A DNA stretch of 64,000 nt, from NCBI GenBank assembly GCA_029932545.1, contig JAOZPW010000001.1, forward strand, positions 2,006 to 66,005, given 5' to 3'. A program made the translations under genes and the position numbers. Positions 42,485 to 56,681 of the stretch are shown piece by piece. The stretch comes from Thermoanaerobaculales bacterium (GTDB lineage: Bacteria > Acidobacteriota > Thermoanaerobaculia > Thermoanaerobaculales > Sulfomarinibacteraceae). The notes under the pieces were generated by a model, which saw only the letters and a list, made by a program, of their open reading frames with translations, was not told the DNA's origin and ran no database searches. Positions within the stretch are counted from its first letter, which is position 1. Each line of letters starts with the position of its first letter.

Positions 42485-43083
42485 TGGAACAGACTGACCA
42501 TCGTTTTCGGGGAGGAAACCTGGACGAGAGCTTAACTGCCGCATGTACCGGCCTTCGGGCCCATGTGGGTGAAATTCAGTATGAGATCCTCGAGGAGGAC
42601 CGGGACGGGGTTGAGATTGAAGCGAGAGTTGACCCCGTGGCGGTCCTGGGGCTGTTTCTATCAGAAACATTCAAGGCCGGGGATCTCGATCTTCAGGTTC
42701 GGTTGTCCGATGGTCCGGAAGCGTTAGGTGGGGACCTTTGTGGGGGCGACTTTAGAGTATTGACAGCCGGGCTGGGGAAGGGCCTGGATGCGCTCCAATA
42801 CCTCTGCAACCGTGTATTGAACAGGCGGCTTCAAGACCACGTACCGGTCCATCTCGATGGTGAGGGCTATAAAGAGCGGAGGGCCGTAAAGCTTCAAGAT
42901 GAAGCAGAGTCGGCGGCGGATTCAGCGATGCAGCAGCGAGGCGCCGTAACACTCGGCCCATATACACCGGCTGTGCGGAGAGAGATTCACCTCGCTTTGG
43001 CTGACGACCCGGATGTTGAGACATTTTCCGATGGTGAAGGCTTTCTCAAGCGGATTGTCGTCCGTCCTCTCGGGCGGCGCTGA
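42484..43083 (+). CDS. jag: Jag/KhpB-like RNA-binding protein (KH + R3H)
   Basis: 199-aa ORF directly after yidC. C-terminal R3H-like block LGPYTPAVRREIHLALADDPDVETFSDGEG. Confidence 0.75.
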   Translation: MEQTDHRFRGGNLDESLTAACTGLRAHVGEIQYEILEEDRDGVEIEARVDPVAVLGLFLSETFKAGDLDLQVRLSDGPEALGGDLCGGDFRVLTAGLGKGLDALQYLCNRVLNRRLQDHVPVHLDGEGYKERRAVKLQDEAESAADSAMQQRGAVTLGPYTPAVRREIHLALADDPDVETFSDGEGFLKRIVVRPLGRR

Positions 43084-44377
43084 CACGATCGTCGCTCGTG
43101 CGACGGCGGCCGGCGCTTCTGCGTTGGCTGTGATTCGTGTGAGCGGCCCGGAAACCTGCAGGTTGGCCGGGCTTCTTTCCCCAGACATCAACATGGCGTC
43201 GCCCTGGCGGGCCGGGGTGGTTCGGCTTCACGACGAGAGTGGCGTTTTTTTAGAGGAAGCAATCATTATTCCTTATCGGGCGCCGAGGAGCTATACCGGT
43301 GAGGACATGCTGGAGTTGATGGTCCACGGTTCCCGGTGGATTGTTGATGCCGTTGTTGGGACTATTATTTCCGCTGGTGCGCGGCAGGCTGCACCCGGAG
43401 AGTTCACCCGGCGGGCTGTTGCCAACGGCAAAATGGATCTGGTCCAGGCCGAAGCAGTCAACGAAGTCATTCAGGCGGAGACTGAATGGCAGGCGCGAAT
43501 GGCCAGAGAACAGCTTCACGGGGTACTGTCACAGGAGTTTAGGGCTTTGAAGGACGCGCTTGTGGCCCTCTTGGCTGAGGTTGAGGGGTCGTTGGACTTC
43601 GAAGAACAGGGTGTCGTTGTTGACCAGGGGGCGCACGAAGCGGCCAGGAAGGGCTGTGTGGCCCGAATTGACACATTGTTGGTCACTGTGGGCGCAGGGG
43701 TTCGGGTGCGGGAGGGGGCTCGCGTTGTCATTGTCGGCAAGCCCAATGCTGGTAAATCGACGCTGTTTAACACGCTTCTAGCGCGGGAACGGGCTATTGT
43801 GGCGCCAACACCAGGAACAACGCGGGATGTTCTCGAGGCCGAACTCGAGATCGAAGGCCTGCCGGTGATTTTGGTGGACACGGCGGGCCTCCGGGAAGCG
43901 GAAGACCCTACCGAAGCTGAAGGTGTCAGACGGGCGCGCCGAGAAGAAGAAAGGGCAGATCTTATTGTGGCCCTTTGGGACGTTGAAGATTATAACACAC
44001 TGTGTTTTCATGAGTTTAAGAATACCGGAAGGCGATTAGACATTGTCAGCAAGGCAGACCTGGCCGAACAACAAATTGAAGGGGTTTTGGCTATTTCTTG
44101 TCTAACCGGCCAGGGGGTGGATCAACTTCTAGAAGAAATCCATCTACGGGTGGCGGCGCCGGTGGCGGCTATGGAAGGCTCAGTTGCAGTCAATTTGCGC
44201 CAGGCCGAGGCCCTTCTGCGGGCCCGAAAATGCCTAGAGACACTGATTTCTGTGCCCCAAGAGGTGGCTGCGTTAGAAATTCGGTCGGCCATGCTGGCGT
44301 TGCACGAAATCCTGGGCTCGTTGGATGACAACGAGGTTCTTGACGCAGTCTTTTCGTCCTTTTGTGTGGGCAAGTGA
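43013..44377 (+). CDS. mnmE: tRNA modification GTPase MnmE
   Basis: 454-aa ORF: DTIVARATAAGASALAVIRVSG, G-domain GKPNAGKSTLFN / DTAGLRE, C-terminal FCVGK. The start is uncertain (43013 or 43031; it overlaps jag). Confidence 0.9.
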   Translation: MLRHFPMVKAFSSGLSSVLSGGADTIVARATAAGASALAVIRVSGPETCRLAGLLSPDINMASPWRAGVVRLHDESGVFLEEAIIIPYRAPRSYTGEDMLELMVHGSRWIVDAVVGTIISAGARQAAPGEFTRRAVANGKMDLVQAEAVNEVIQAETEWQARMAREQLHGVLSQEFRALKDALVALLAEVEGSLDFEEQGVVVDQGAHEAARKGCVARIDTLLVTVGAGVRVREGARVVIVGKPNAGKSTLFNTLLARERAIVAPTPGTTRDVLEAELEIEGLPVILVDTAGLREAEDPTEAEGVRRARREEERADLIVALWDVEDYNTLCFHEFKNTGRRLDIVSKADLAEQQIEGVLAISCLTGQGVDQLLEEIHLRVAAPVAAMEGSVAVNLRQAEALLRARKCLETLISVPQEVAALEIRSAMLALHEILGSLDDNEVLDAVFSSFCVGK

Positions 44378-44384
44378 GAACACC

Positions 44385-46247
44385 ATGGTAAAGACCTGGG
44401 ATGTGGTCGTGGTTGGTGCAGGGCACGCCGGCATTGAATCGGCGATGGCGGCGGCCCGTATGGGTGCGACGGTGTGTGTGGTGACCCTTCATAAAGAGAC
44501 CATCGGCCAGATGCCGTGCAATCCGGCGGCGGGGGGTATCGGAAAGGGACACCTTGTAGCCGAACTCGATGCATTGGGAGGTATTCAAGGGTGGGCGGTT
44601 GACCGGGCGGGAATACAATTCAGGCGGCTCAACAGCTCAAGGGGTCCGGCAGTGTGGGGTCCAAGGGCCCAGTGTGACAAAGAGCGTTACAGCATTATGA
44701 TGCGAAGGCTTCTAGCCCGAACTCAAGGGATTACGGTCATTGAGGGCGAAGCCAATAGGATCCTTTTTGAGCGTGGTCGAGCCACTGGTGTGGGCCTGGC
44801 GGGAGGAACGAGAGTTTGTGGTCGTTCTGTTATTTTGACAACCGGGACCTTCCTGGGCGGTGTACTTCATACCGGGGACGACCGGCGGGAAGGCGGCCGT
44901 TTTGGAGAGCGCCCCAGTGTTGGTCTTGGAGAAAATCTTCGGGAGATGGGTCTGGAGTTGCGGCGATTCAAGACGGGGACACCGCCAAGGCTTGACCGAA
45001 ACAGCTTGGACTACACAAAGCTGGAAATTCAAGAGGGAGATCACAGCCCGCAACCTTTTTCATGGAGGACGCAGGCGGTGGTCAACAGGGCCGTCTGTTG
45101 GGTGGGTCGCACACCAGAGAGAGTTCGGGAGATCATAGAAGAAAATCTTGACCGATCCCCCCTCTTTGGGGGCCGGATTGACGGTGTGGGACCAAGATAT
45201 TGTCCATCAATCGAAGACAAGGTCGTTCGCTTTCCCCACCACAAGGAACACACGGTCTTCCTGGAACCGGAGACACTCCACGGCCCCAGTATGTATGTTA
45301 ATGGGCTTTCAACCTCCCTTCCGGCCGATGTTCAGGAAAAAGTGGTGCGAGCCGTTCCTGGTTTTGAGAAGGCTTCGTTTATTCGCTTTGGCTATGCCGT
45401 TGAGTACGATGTTGTGGCCCCAAAACAGGTTGCACACGATCTTCAGGTATCCTCGGTTCCCGGCTTGTATCTTGCAGGACAGATTATGGGAACGTCCGGG
45501 TATGAAGAGGCCGCCGCATTAGGGTTCGTCGCTGGAGTCAATGCGGTGGCGTCCCTTTGGGAAACGGAGGGACTGCGGCTGGGACGAGAGCAGGCCTACA
45601 TTGGTGTTTTGGTAGACGATCTGGTGAACCGAGAACACAGGGAACCCTATCGAATGTTCACCTCTCGGGCCGAACACCGGCTCTTGATGGGGGTGGATTC
45701 AGCGAGAGAGCGCTTGATGTCCGAAGGTGTTCGCCTGGGCTTGGTTCCAATGGGAGTGTTTCACGTGGAACAGGCCCGGTGGGAAAAACGGCGCCGAGTA
45801 ATAGAGGAACTTGAGGCCGGCGCCGTGGTTCCGGACCACCTCACCCAAGACCGGCTTCACAAAAGCCTTGGTTTCGAGTTGCGAACACCAACAACATGGG
45901 CTGGAATTCTCCGAAGGCAGGACGTCGATCAGGAGCATGCTGCGGCGATGGCGCCAGGTCTTGGGGAAATGTCAGCAGAGGACACGGCAATCATAATCGG
46001 GCAACTCCGGTATTCGGGATACATTGCGCGTCACGCACGTGAGCGATCGAGGGTCGAACGGCTGCGACATATTCAGATTCCCGCAGACTTTTCTTACAGG
46101 TCTATCATTGGTTTATCACGAGAGGTTTTGGAGGAGATGGAGCGACTTCGCCCCAACACATTGGCGGAAGCCGAGCGCCTCGGGGGGATGACGCCGGCTG
46201 CGATGTCATTGATTGCCGGTCGGTTAAGCACCATGGGGCGTGATTAA
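44385..46247 (+). CDS. mnmG: tRNA uridine 5-carboxymethylaminomethyl modification enzyme MnmG
   Basis: ORF 44325..46247 trimmed to ATG 44385 (MVKTWDVVVVGAGHAGIESA...). Typical GidA length. Confidence 0.95.
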   Translation: MVKTWDVVVVGAGHAGIESAMAAARMGATVCVVTLHKETIGQMPCNPAAGGIGKGHLVAELDALGGIQGWAVDRAGIQFRRLNSSRGPAVWGPRAQCDKERYSIMMRRLLARTQGITVIEGEANRILFERGRATGVGLAGGTRVCGRSVILTTGTFLGGVLHTGDDRREGGRFGERPSVGLGENLREMGLELRRFKTGTPPRLDRNSLDYTKLEIQEGDHSPQPFSWRTQAVVNRAVCWVGRTPERVREIIEENLDRSPLFGGRIDGVGPRYCPSIEDKVVRFPHHKEHTVFLEPETLHGPSMYVNGLSTSLPADVQEKVVRAVPGFEKASFIRFGYAVEYDVVAPKQVAHDLQVSSVPGLYLAGQIMGTSGYEEAAALGFVAGVNAVASLWETEGLRLGREQAYIGVLVDDLVNREHREPYRMFTSRAEHRLLMGVDSARERLMSEGVRLGLVPMGVFHVEQARWEKRRRVIEELEAGAVVPDHLTQDRLHKSLGFELRTPTTWAGILRRQDVDQEHAAAMAPGLGEMSAEDTAIIIGQLRYSGYIARHARERSRVERLRHIQIPADFSYRSIIGLSREVLEEMERLRPNTLAEAERLGGMTPAAMSLIAGRLSTMGRD

Positions 46248-46252
46248 CAACC

Positions 46253-46852
46253 ATGGGCAGGGAATCATTCACCGAGTTACTCCAAGGCCGGGCCCCCAAC
46301 GAGGCGATTGACCGCCTTGTAGCCTATGGAGAGCTTCTCGAGCACTGGGCCGGTCGCCACAACCTTGTGAAGGTGGCCAATCGTCAGGAGTTGGTTGATA
46401 GGCATATTCTCGAGTCACTGGCCCCTCTCGAGCAAATCGACACAACAGGCCGGTTGATGGATGTGGGAAGCGGGGCGGGTTTGCCGGGCATTCCGTTGTT
46501 GTGCGCGATGATTGGTTGGTCTGGACTCCTTGTTGAACCCCGATTGAAGCGTTGGGCATTCTTGGGCCTGGTTATACGGGAACTTGGATTGAACGCGGAG
46601 GTTGTTCGGGATCGGTATGCGGCTGTGGAGGAGACGGGTTTTGACATGGTGACTGCTCGAGCGGTCGGGGGGCATGAGGCACTATTGAGGTGGGCCGTGA
46701 ATCATATAAAGCCAGCGGGAACCGTGGTAATTTGGGCCACTATCGACGAGGAGCAACGTCTTGGTGGGCTCTCGGGGTGGTCTATGTTAAGCTCACCACT
46801 TCCCGGCCTCGATAGGGGCCGTCTTATCTTTCTCAAGGTGTGTTCCACGTGA
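46253..46852 (+). CDS. rsmG: 16S rRNA (guanine527-N7)-methyltransferase RsmG
   Basis: 199-aa ORF: NLVKVANRQELVDRHILESL, SAM motif DVGSGAGLPGIPL. Confidence 0.9.
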   Translation: MGRESFTELLQGRAPNEAIDRLVAYGELLEHWAGRHNLVKVANRQELVDRHILESLAPLEQIDTTGRLMDVGSGAGLPGIPLLCAMIGWSGLLVEPRLKRWAFLGLVIRELGLNAEVVRDRYAAVEETGFDMVTARAVGGHEALLRWAVNHIKPAGTVVIWATIDEEQRLGGLSGWSMLSSPLPGLDRGRLIFLKVCST

Positions 46853-47628
46853 AACCTCGAATCGTAGCCGTCGCAAACCAGAAGGGTGGAGTGGGAAAGA
46901 CAACGACGGTTGTCAATCTCGGCGCCACACTTGCTGCCTACGAGCAGCGTACGGTGATTGTTGACTTGGATCCGCAGTCCAATTGCACTTCCGGCCTGGG
47001 AGTGGAAGGGGTCGATGAAACACTGGGGACGAGTTACGGGTTGATTATCAACGGTTCAGACCCCAATGCCATGGTCAGACCGACAGGGTTCCCCCACCTT
47101 TCGATTATTCCAGCAACCCCCAACCTTGCGGGGGCCGAGGTTGAACTGGTCGGCATGGTGGGGCGTGAATTCAGGGTCAGGGATGGGTTGCGCCAGATAG
47201 AAGGTTTCCGTTTTCTCTTGATGGACTGTCCGCCGGCCCTGGGGCAGTTGACGATTAACGCACTTACGGCGGCCGATGGGCTTCTGATCCCGATTCAGTG
47301 TGAATATTTTGCTCTTGAGGGTGTTCGTGAACTCATGAAGACCATTGAACAGGTGAGGCGGTTTCTCAACCCCGGCTTAGAAATTGACGGTGTCGTTCTC
47401 ACAATGTTCGACGAACGCACCAACTTGGCTCGACAGGTGGCTGACGAGGTTCGGGGTGTTTTTGGAGACCTGGTTTTCGAGACTGTGATTCCTCGGAATG
47501 TTCGGTTGGCTGAGGCTCCCTCTTTTGGGAGACCGATTCACGCCTACGATCTCCGGAGCAGGGGGGCGCAGGCATACCTTCACCTGGGCCGGGAGTACCT
47601 GAGTCGAATGGAGGCTCTCCATGGCTAA
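46840..47628 (+). CDS. parA: chromosome partitioning ATPase ParA
   Basis: 262-aa ORF with the deviant Walker A NQKGGVGKTTT. Confidence 0.93.
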   Translation: MFHVKPRIVAVANQKGGVGKTTTVVNLGATLAAYEQRTVIVDLDPQSNCTSGLGVEGVDETLGTSYGLIINGSDPNAMVRPTGFPHLSIIPATPNLAGAEVELVGMVGREFRVRDGLRQIEGFRFLLMDCPPALGQLTINALTAADGLLIPIQCEYFALEGVRELMKTIEQVRRFLNPGLEIDGVVLTMFDERTNLARQVADEVRGVFGDLVFETVIPRNVRLAEAPSFGRPIHAYDLRSRGAQAYLHLGREYLSRMEALHG

Positions 47629-48481
47629 GAAGGTGTTGGGGCGCGGCCTGAAAGCATTATTGCCCGATGCGCCCCAGAGGCAGGCGGGATTTGCGCTCAT
47701 TGAACTGAGTCGTTTGGTTGCTAACCCCCGACAACCACGGGCGCGATTTGAAAAAGAGAGCTTGGACGCATTGGCGTCGTCAATTGGCGAGCACGGAGTG
47801 CTCCAACCATTATTGGTCAGCGAAGATGGGCCCGGTCGCTATCTTATTCTGGCTGGTGAACGGCGGTGGCGAGCGGCCAAAATAGCCGGTCTCGAGAGAG
47901 TGCCGGTCGTGATTCGTGAAAAGGTTGACACCCAACTCGAGCTCGAACTGGCCTTGGTGGAAAACATCCAACGTCGCGACTTGACAGCACTGGAGGAGGC
48001 CCGGGCCTTTGAACAACTTCGGGTCAGTCGCGGACTCTCTCAGGCACAGATCGCCGAACGGGTCGGTATCGACCGCAGTACCGTCGCGAACTCCTTACGA
48101 CTCCTGAAATTGCCAAAGCGTGTCCAGGATCTCGTCGAGGAGGGGTTGTTGTCAGGGGGCCATGGCCGGACTCTTTTGGCCTTTGCTGAAGCGAGTGAAA
48201 TGGAAACCTGGGCAGAGCGGGTCGTTGCTGAGGGCTTGAGTGTGCGGGCCCTTGAGCGGGCCGCAGTCGCAGCGCGAGAGGGAAAACAGGAACCACCCCC
48301 CCGAAAGAAAATAATCAATCCGAAAGACCCAAACATTCTTAGTGCTGAAAAAAGACTTTCTCTCAAAATTGGATCGAAGGTTGAGATAAGCAAGAGTCAA
48401 AAAGGGGGGCGAATTGTGGTTTCATGTTCGAGCCATGATGAGCTTCTTCGTGTGTTTGATCTATTGATTGGAGATGAGTAA
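47621..48481 (+). CDS. parB: chromosome partitioning protein ParB
   Basis: 286-aa ORF: LGRGLKALL, QPRARFEKESLDALASSIGEHGVLQPLLV, GERRWRAA, helix-turn-helix LSQAQIAERVG. Confidence 0.93.
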   Translation: MAKKVLGRGLKALLPDAPQRQAGFALIELSRLVANPRQPRARFEKESLDALASSIGEHGVLQPLLVSEDGPGRYLILAGERRWRAAKIAGLERVPVVIREKVDTQLELELALVENIQRRDLTALEEARAFEQLRVSRGLSQAQIAERVGIDRSTVANSLRLLKLPKRVQDLVEEGLLSGGHGRTLLAFAEASEMETWAERVVAEGLSVRALERAAVAAREGKQEPPPRKKIINPKDPNILSAEKRLSLKIGSKVEISKSQKGGRIVVSCSSHDELLRVFDLLIGDE

Positions 48482-48858
48482 TGGCACGTGGTGGCGATTG
48501 TCTCAATGGTTTTGTTGATGCGGGGTGTGTGATACGTGGCGAATTGGAGTTCAAGAGTTCTTTTCGCTTGGACGGCAGGGTGGAGGGGCATATTCAGGCC
48601 TCGGCGGAGCTCCTTGTTGGAGAAACGGGGAGCGTTGATGGTGAGATTGACGTTGCCAGGTGCGTCATTGGTGGAGAGGTTCGTGGTACCATTCGCGCGG
48701 CAGAGCAGGTAGTTTTACTTGCTTCAGCGAAGGTTTGGGCAGAGGTCCAGACCCCTGCGTTGGTGATGGAAGAAGGGGCCTTTCTCGAGGGGAAGGTCGT
48801 CATGGAAAGAAAAACCGACCTCAAGGCGGTCGATGGCGCGAAAGCGATGACATCGTGA
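48481..48858 (+). CDS. bactofilin (polymer-forming cytoskeletal protein)
   Basis: 125-aa ORF whose start overlaps the parB stop (TAATG). Beta-helical repeat pattern G.L.F....RLDG.VEG.I......VGETG.V.GEI.... Confidence 0.8.
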   Translation: MARGGDCLNGFVDAGCVIRGELEFKSSFRLDGRVEGHIQASAELLVGETGSVDGEIDVARCVIGGEVRGTIRAAEQVVLLASAKVWAEVQTPALVMEEGAFLEGKVVMERKTDLKAVDGAKAMTS

Positions 48859-48925
48859 GTGCTGAAACCGTGTATGGGTGCCCGAACCAGTCAAAGGTAA
48901 GAATGGAACACCCCTGGAGCCGTGA

Positions 48926-49357
48926 ATGACCCCACCAAATCTATCAATAGTTCTCATAATGCTCTGTTTTTGGGTGACCTTATGGTTGGTCAACCGGTTC
49001 CTGATCCGGCCGGTCAATACCGTATTGGATCAACGCCACGACCGAATCGACGGCGCACAAAAGGAGTGGACCGCCAAGAACGAGGAGCTTCTCTCGGCGA
49101 CCGCTCAAATCGAAGACGAGTTGATTGAGGCGGCACGGGCTGCTGCAAAGACCCGTGAAACCTATCGTGCCGGGGCCCAACAAGAAAAGCAACACCACTT
49201 GGATACGGCAAGGAGTGATGCCGAAGAGCGGTTGGCTCTGGCTCTCAAGCGGCTCAGTCAGGATGCCGAGAAGGCCCGGGCCGACCTCAAGGAACGGGCT
49301 GAAGGCCTCGCGAGAGATTTTGCTCAACGTCTTTTGGGGCGGGAGGTGCACCAGTGA
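48926..49357 (+). CDS. F0F1 ATP synthase subunit b'
   Basis: 143-aa ORF with a single N-terminal TM then a long charged helix (Ala/Glu/Arg-rich). It is the first of two b-type genes. Confidence 0.75.
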   Translation: MTPPNLSIVLIMLCFWVTLWLVNRFLIRPVNTVLDQRHDRIDGAQKEWTAKNEELLSATAQIEDELIEAARAAAKTRETYRAGAQQEKQHHLDTARSDAEERLALALKRLSQDAEKARADLKERAEGLARDFAQRLLGREVHQ

Positions 49358-49923
49358 AGTTGCTGGGGGCCTGGGTTGTCGTTTTTGTTGTCCTCTTGGG
49401 CATGGCGTATGGAGTCGATCATGGAGAGGTCAAGCTCGGTATACCGGTCTTCGTCTGGTTGGCCCTCAACCTGACGGTCTTTTTGTTTCTATTGGCCCGG
49501 TTTATCGGGCGGCCTCTCGCAGCCTTTCTCGAGGCACGGAAAGATGGAATTGCGGGTGATCTCAAACAGGCGAAAGAACGCCTAGTCGAGGCGGAGACAC
49601 TCAAGGCCGAGGTTCTGGATCGCCTCAGTAAGGTTGAGGCGGAGGTTTCCGAAATCCATCAACGATCCGAAACACTTGGGCAGGAAGAGGCCGAGAGGAT
49701 CGCGATTGAGGGTCAGAAAGAGGCCGAACGCCTTCTTCAAAGGGTCAGTGAGGAAATTTCCCAACGGGAGACCGAGACCCGAGAGGTACTGGCTAAGGAA
49801 ACCGCCGAGTTGACAGCCGGGTTAGCACGCGATCTCCTTCAGAAGAGCATGACGGATGCCGATCGGAAACGAGTGATGGACCGAAGCGTTGAAGCACTTC
49901 GTCCTGTGGACCGGGAGGGCTGA
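49354..49923 (+). CDS. atpF: F0F1 ATP synthase subunit b
   Basis: 189-aa ORF with an N-terminal TM region then a coiled helix. Overlaps neighbours by 1-4 bp. Confidence 0.8.
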   Translation: MKLLGAWVVVFVVLLGMAYGVDHGEVKLGIPVFVWLALNLTVFLFLLARFIGRPLAAFLEARKDGIAGDLKQAKERLVEAETLKAEVLDRLSKVEAEVSEIHQRSETLGQEEAERIAIEGQKEAERLLQRVSEEISQRETETREVLAKETAELTAGLARDLLQKSMTDADRKRVMDRSVEALRPVDREG

Positions 49924-50456
49924 TGTCGAAATTCAGGGCGGCGCCCTATATCAAAGCGTTGTTTGAAGTTGCCGGGAATGGCGGTGCTGCCGATGCGATG
50001 ACGGACTCACTTGACCGAGTGGCTCAGGCTCTCCAAGAGGTTCCGGAATTCCAACGGATCATGGTGTCACCATTGGTGCTGCCGGAAGTGAAAACCAGGA
50101 TTCTGGACCAGGTGTTGGATACACTGGAAATTACCGGCCCGGTACGCCGTTTTATCTTTGTTGTTCAAAGTCATTACCGCCTTGAACACATGGATGACAT
50201 CGCCGCCGGCTTCCATTCGATGGTGGATCGGTCTTTGGGGCGGGTTCACGCTCGGGTTGAGGTGGCTTCGGCCTTGGACCAGTCGGCCCAACACGCCCTG
50301 GTGGATGCTTTGGAAAAAGTCCTAGCCACCGTTGTTGTTGCCGATTTCGTCGAAACACCCGAGTTGCTGGGAGGCTTCCGGGTTCAGGTGGGTTCCAAAC
50401 TCTTTGACGGGTCCCTCGCTGGACAATTGAATCAACTGGGCCGAGGGGCCCTGTGA
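49923..50456 (+). CDS. atpH: F0F1 ATP synthase subunit delta
   Basis: 177-aa ORF of OSCP/delta length, ending LLGGFRVQVGSKLFDGSLAGQL. Confidence 0.85.
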   Translation: MSKFRAAPYIKALFEVAGNGGAADAMTDSLDRVAQALQEVPEFQRIMVSPLVLPEVKTRILDQVLDTLEITGPVRRFIFVVQSHYRLEHMDDIAAGFHSMVDRSLGRVHARVEVASALDQSAQHALVDALEKVLATVVVADFVETPELLGGFRVQVGSKLFDGSLAGQLNQLGRGAL

Positions 50457-50467
50457 AACAGGGGTAG

Positions 50468-54720
<4,253 letters not shown>

Positions 54721-54776
54721 GGCCAGGTGTCGCTCGGGCGGGCTCTGTCGTTCAGGATCCTTCCCGCGGGTAAGGT

Positions 54777-56183
54777 CTACTGATACTCTGCCCCCAAAAT
54801 GACACTGACGATGATCGCCCCAACGGCCAAGGGGGCCACAAAACGAAGGAGAAAGTGCCAGACGCCGAAGGTCTTCATCCGTCCATGGCCCTTTTCAAGC
54901 TCCTGTAGGTTTTCGTCTTTAGTCAGAACCCAACCAACGAAAAGTGCAATCAAAAACCCGCCAACCGGCAAAAACCAGTTGCTTGCGAGGTAGTCGAGGG
55001 TCCCAAAGACGCCGGCCGTGGAAGGTCGACCGATGAGATTGATCTCAGAAAGCCCTTGAACGCCTCCCAGACTGAGAGCATTGAGGATGCCGAAGAGTGC
55101 GATGGATCCGCCCATAATCAAGGTGGCTCTGCGCCGGGCCCAACCAAACTCATCGATTGCATAACTCGCGACGACTTCAAGCAGACTGATGGTACTGGTC
55201 AAAGCGGCGAAGGCCACCAGGACGTAAAAAAGGGCGCTGATCACCGCCCCCCCGGGGAGTTTAAAAAAGACCACCGGCAGGGTCGTAAATAGAATCGTTG
55301 AGGATTTGGTAATTTCAAAATCGAAACTGAAAATAATGGAGAACATGATGATGCAGGCCATCACCGCGATGACGGTATCGAGGACACAGACCGTAATAGC
55401 TGCACGTGGAATCGATGTTTTCTTCCTCATATAGCTGCCATAGGTCAGCATCGCGCCCATGCCAAGACTGAGGGTGAAAAAGCTATGCCCCAGCGCCTCC
55501 AAAACCCCCCCGGGGGTCAACTCTGAGAAATTCGGCCGGAAGATGAAGGTCAGCGCCTGATTGAAGCCCGGGGTCCATACAACATAGAAAACCAAGGCCA
55601 GGAGGATCGTAAACAAGATCGGCATCAGGACCTTGGCGGCGCGCTCAATTCCTTTGCCGACGCCGAAGTAGACAACACCGACCGTCGCACCCATAAATAA
55701 CAGGTGGAACAAGGTCTGTTGCCATGGGTTTGAGAGGAAGATGCTGAAAAAGGTCTCGAGGGCGGCAGGATCATGGGCCAGAGGGGCCAGTTTTCCCGAG
55801 AGCGACAGTACGATATAGCGCAGGGTCCAACCTGCAACCACACTGTAGTAGGAAAGAATGACAAAACCGGTTACAACGCCGAGAATGCCGACTCCAGTCC
55901 AGGCAACGCCTCCGGGTCGGTCGCGCCCCAGTAGGCGAAAGGCCCCAACGGGACCCCGTTGGGTCTTTCGGCCCAGGAGCACCTCGGCGATCATGATGGG
56001 CGCTCCGACCAATACGATGGCTCCCAGATAGACCAGAACGAAGGCGCCCCCACCATTTTCGAAGGTGATATAGGGAAACTTCCACAGGTTGCCGAGTCCG
56101 ACGGCACTCCCTGCGGCGGCCAGGACAAATCCCAGGCGGCTACCCCATTGAGCACGCGCATTATGTTGCCGGTGATTTTCCAT
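54777..56183 (-). CDS. sodium-dependent transporter, neurotransmitter:sodium symporter (SNF) family
   Basis: 468-aa ORF: WGSRLGFVLAAAGSAVGLGNLWKFPY, ~11-12 TM segments. Confidence 0.9.
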   Translation of the reverse strand: MENHRQHNARAQWGSRLGFVLAAAGSAVGLGNLWKFPYITFENGGGAFVLVYLGAIVLVGAPIMIAEVLLGRKTQRGPVGAFRLLGRDRPGGVAWTGVGILGVVTGFVILSYYSVVAGWTLRYIVLSLSGKLAPLAHDPAALETFFSIFLSNPWQQTLFHLLFMGATVGVVYFGVGKGIERAAKVLMPILFTILLALVFYVVWTPGFNQALTFIFRPNFSELTPGGVLEALGHSFFTLSLGMGAMLTYGSYMRKKTSIPRAAITVCVLDTVIAVMACIIMFSIIFSFDFEITKSSTILFTTLPVVFFKLPGGAVISALFYVLVAFAALTSTISLLEVVASYAIDEFGWARRRATLIMGGSIALFGILNALSLGGVQGLSEINLIGRPSTAGVFGTLDYLASNWFLPVGGFLIALFVGWVLTKDENLQELEKGHGRMKTFGVWHFLLRFVAPLAVGAIIVSVILGAEYQ

Positions 56184-56291
56184 TGTCTCCTCGCGTCGAG
56201 AACACTAACCGCCACGAAGCGAGAGTGTCAAGCCGGAAAAAAGGGGCCCGATTGCGTTTTGACTTGGCCTGGTCTAGACTATGCGCCCTGT

Positions 56292-56368
56292 CGGGGCGTA
56301 GCTCAGTCTGGTAGAGCGCACGGTTCGGGACCGTGAGGCCGGAGGTTCAAGTCCTCTCGCCCCGACCA
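56292..56368 (+). tRNA. tRNA-Pro (anticodon CGG)
   Basis: Hand-folded cloverleaf: acceptor CGGGGCG/CGCCCCG, anticodon stem CACGG/CCGTG with loop TTCGGGA, T-loop TTCAAGT, encoded CCA. 77 nt. Confidence 0.9.
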
Positions 56369-56612
56369 TTTGCAAATTGTGGCCATATGGCTTTTGAACG
56401 CCTCGTCCTGTAAAGGGTGCCAATAGCCAAAAGAACACAAAATGTATTGGGGAAAGAAGCCCCGAAAATCACGGCCTGAATACCGGGGCGCTAAACCGCC
56501 GACATGTCAATTCTTCACCCATAGCAATTGGTGGGGAGGTGGCAAGGGGCGCCATTGGATTGCCGGGAATCTATAAGCCGCATCCCCAGGAATTGCTCCA
56601 GCGATGACGCTT

Positions 56613-56624
56613 GAACCAATGTTC
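56613..56624. promoter_or_regulatory. LexA operator candidate (GAAC-N4-GTTC, Cheo-box type)
   Basis: The perfect palindrome GAACCAATGTTC lies ~58 bp upstream of the lexA start, consistent with autoregulation. Confidence 0.6.
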
Positions 56625-56681
56625 TCTCTCTCTTGATTTATGCCTTATTTCCGCCTATCCTCATCACAGGGGGTTTCCGAA

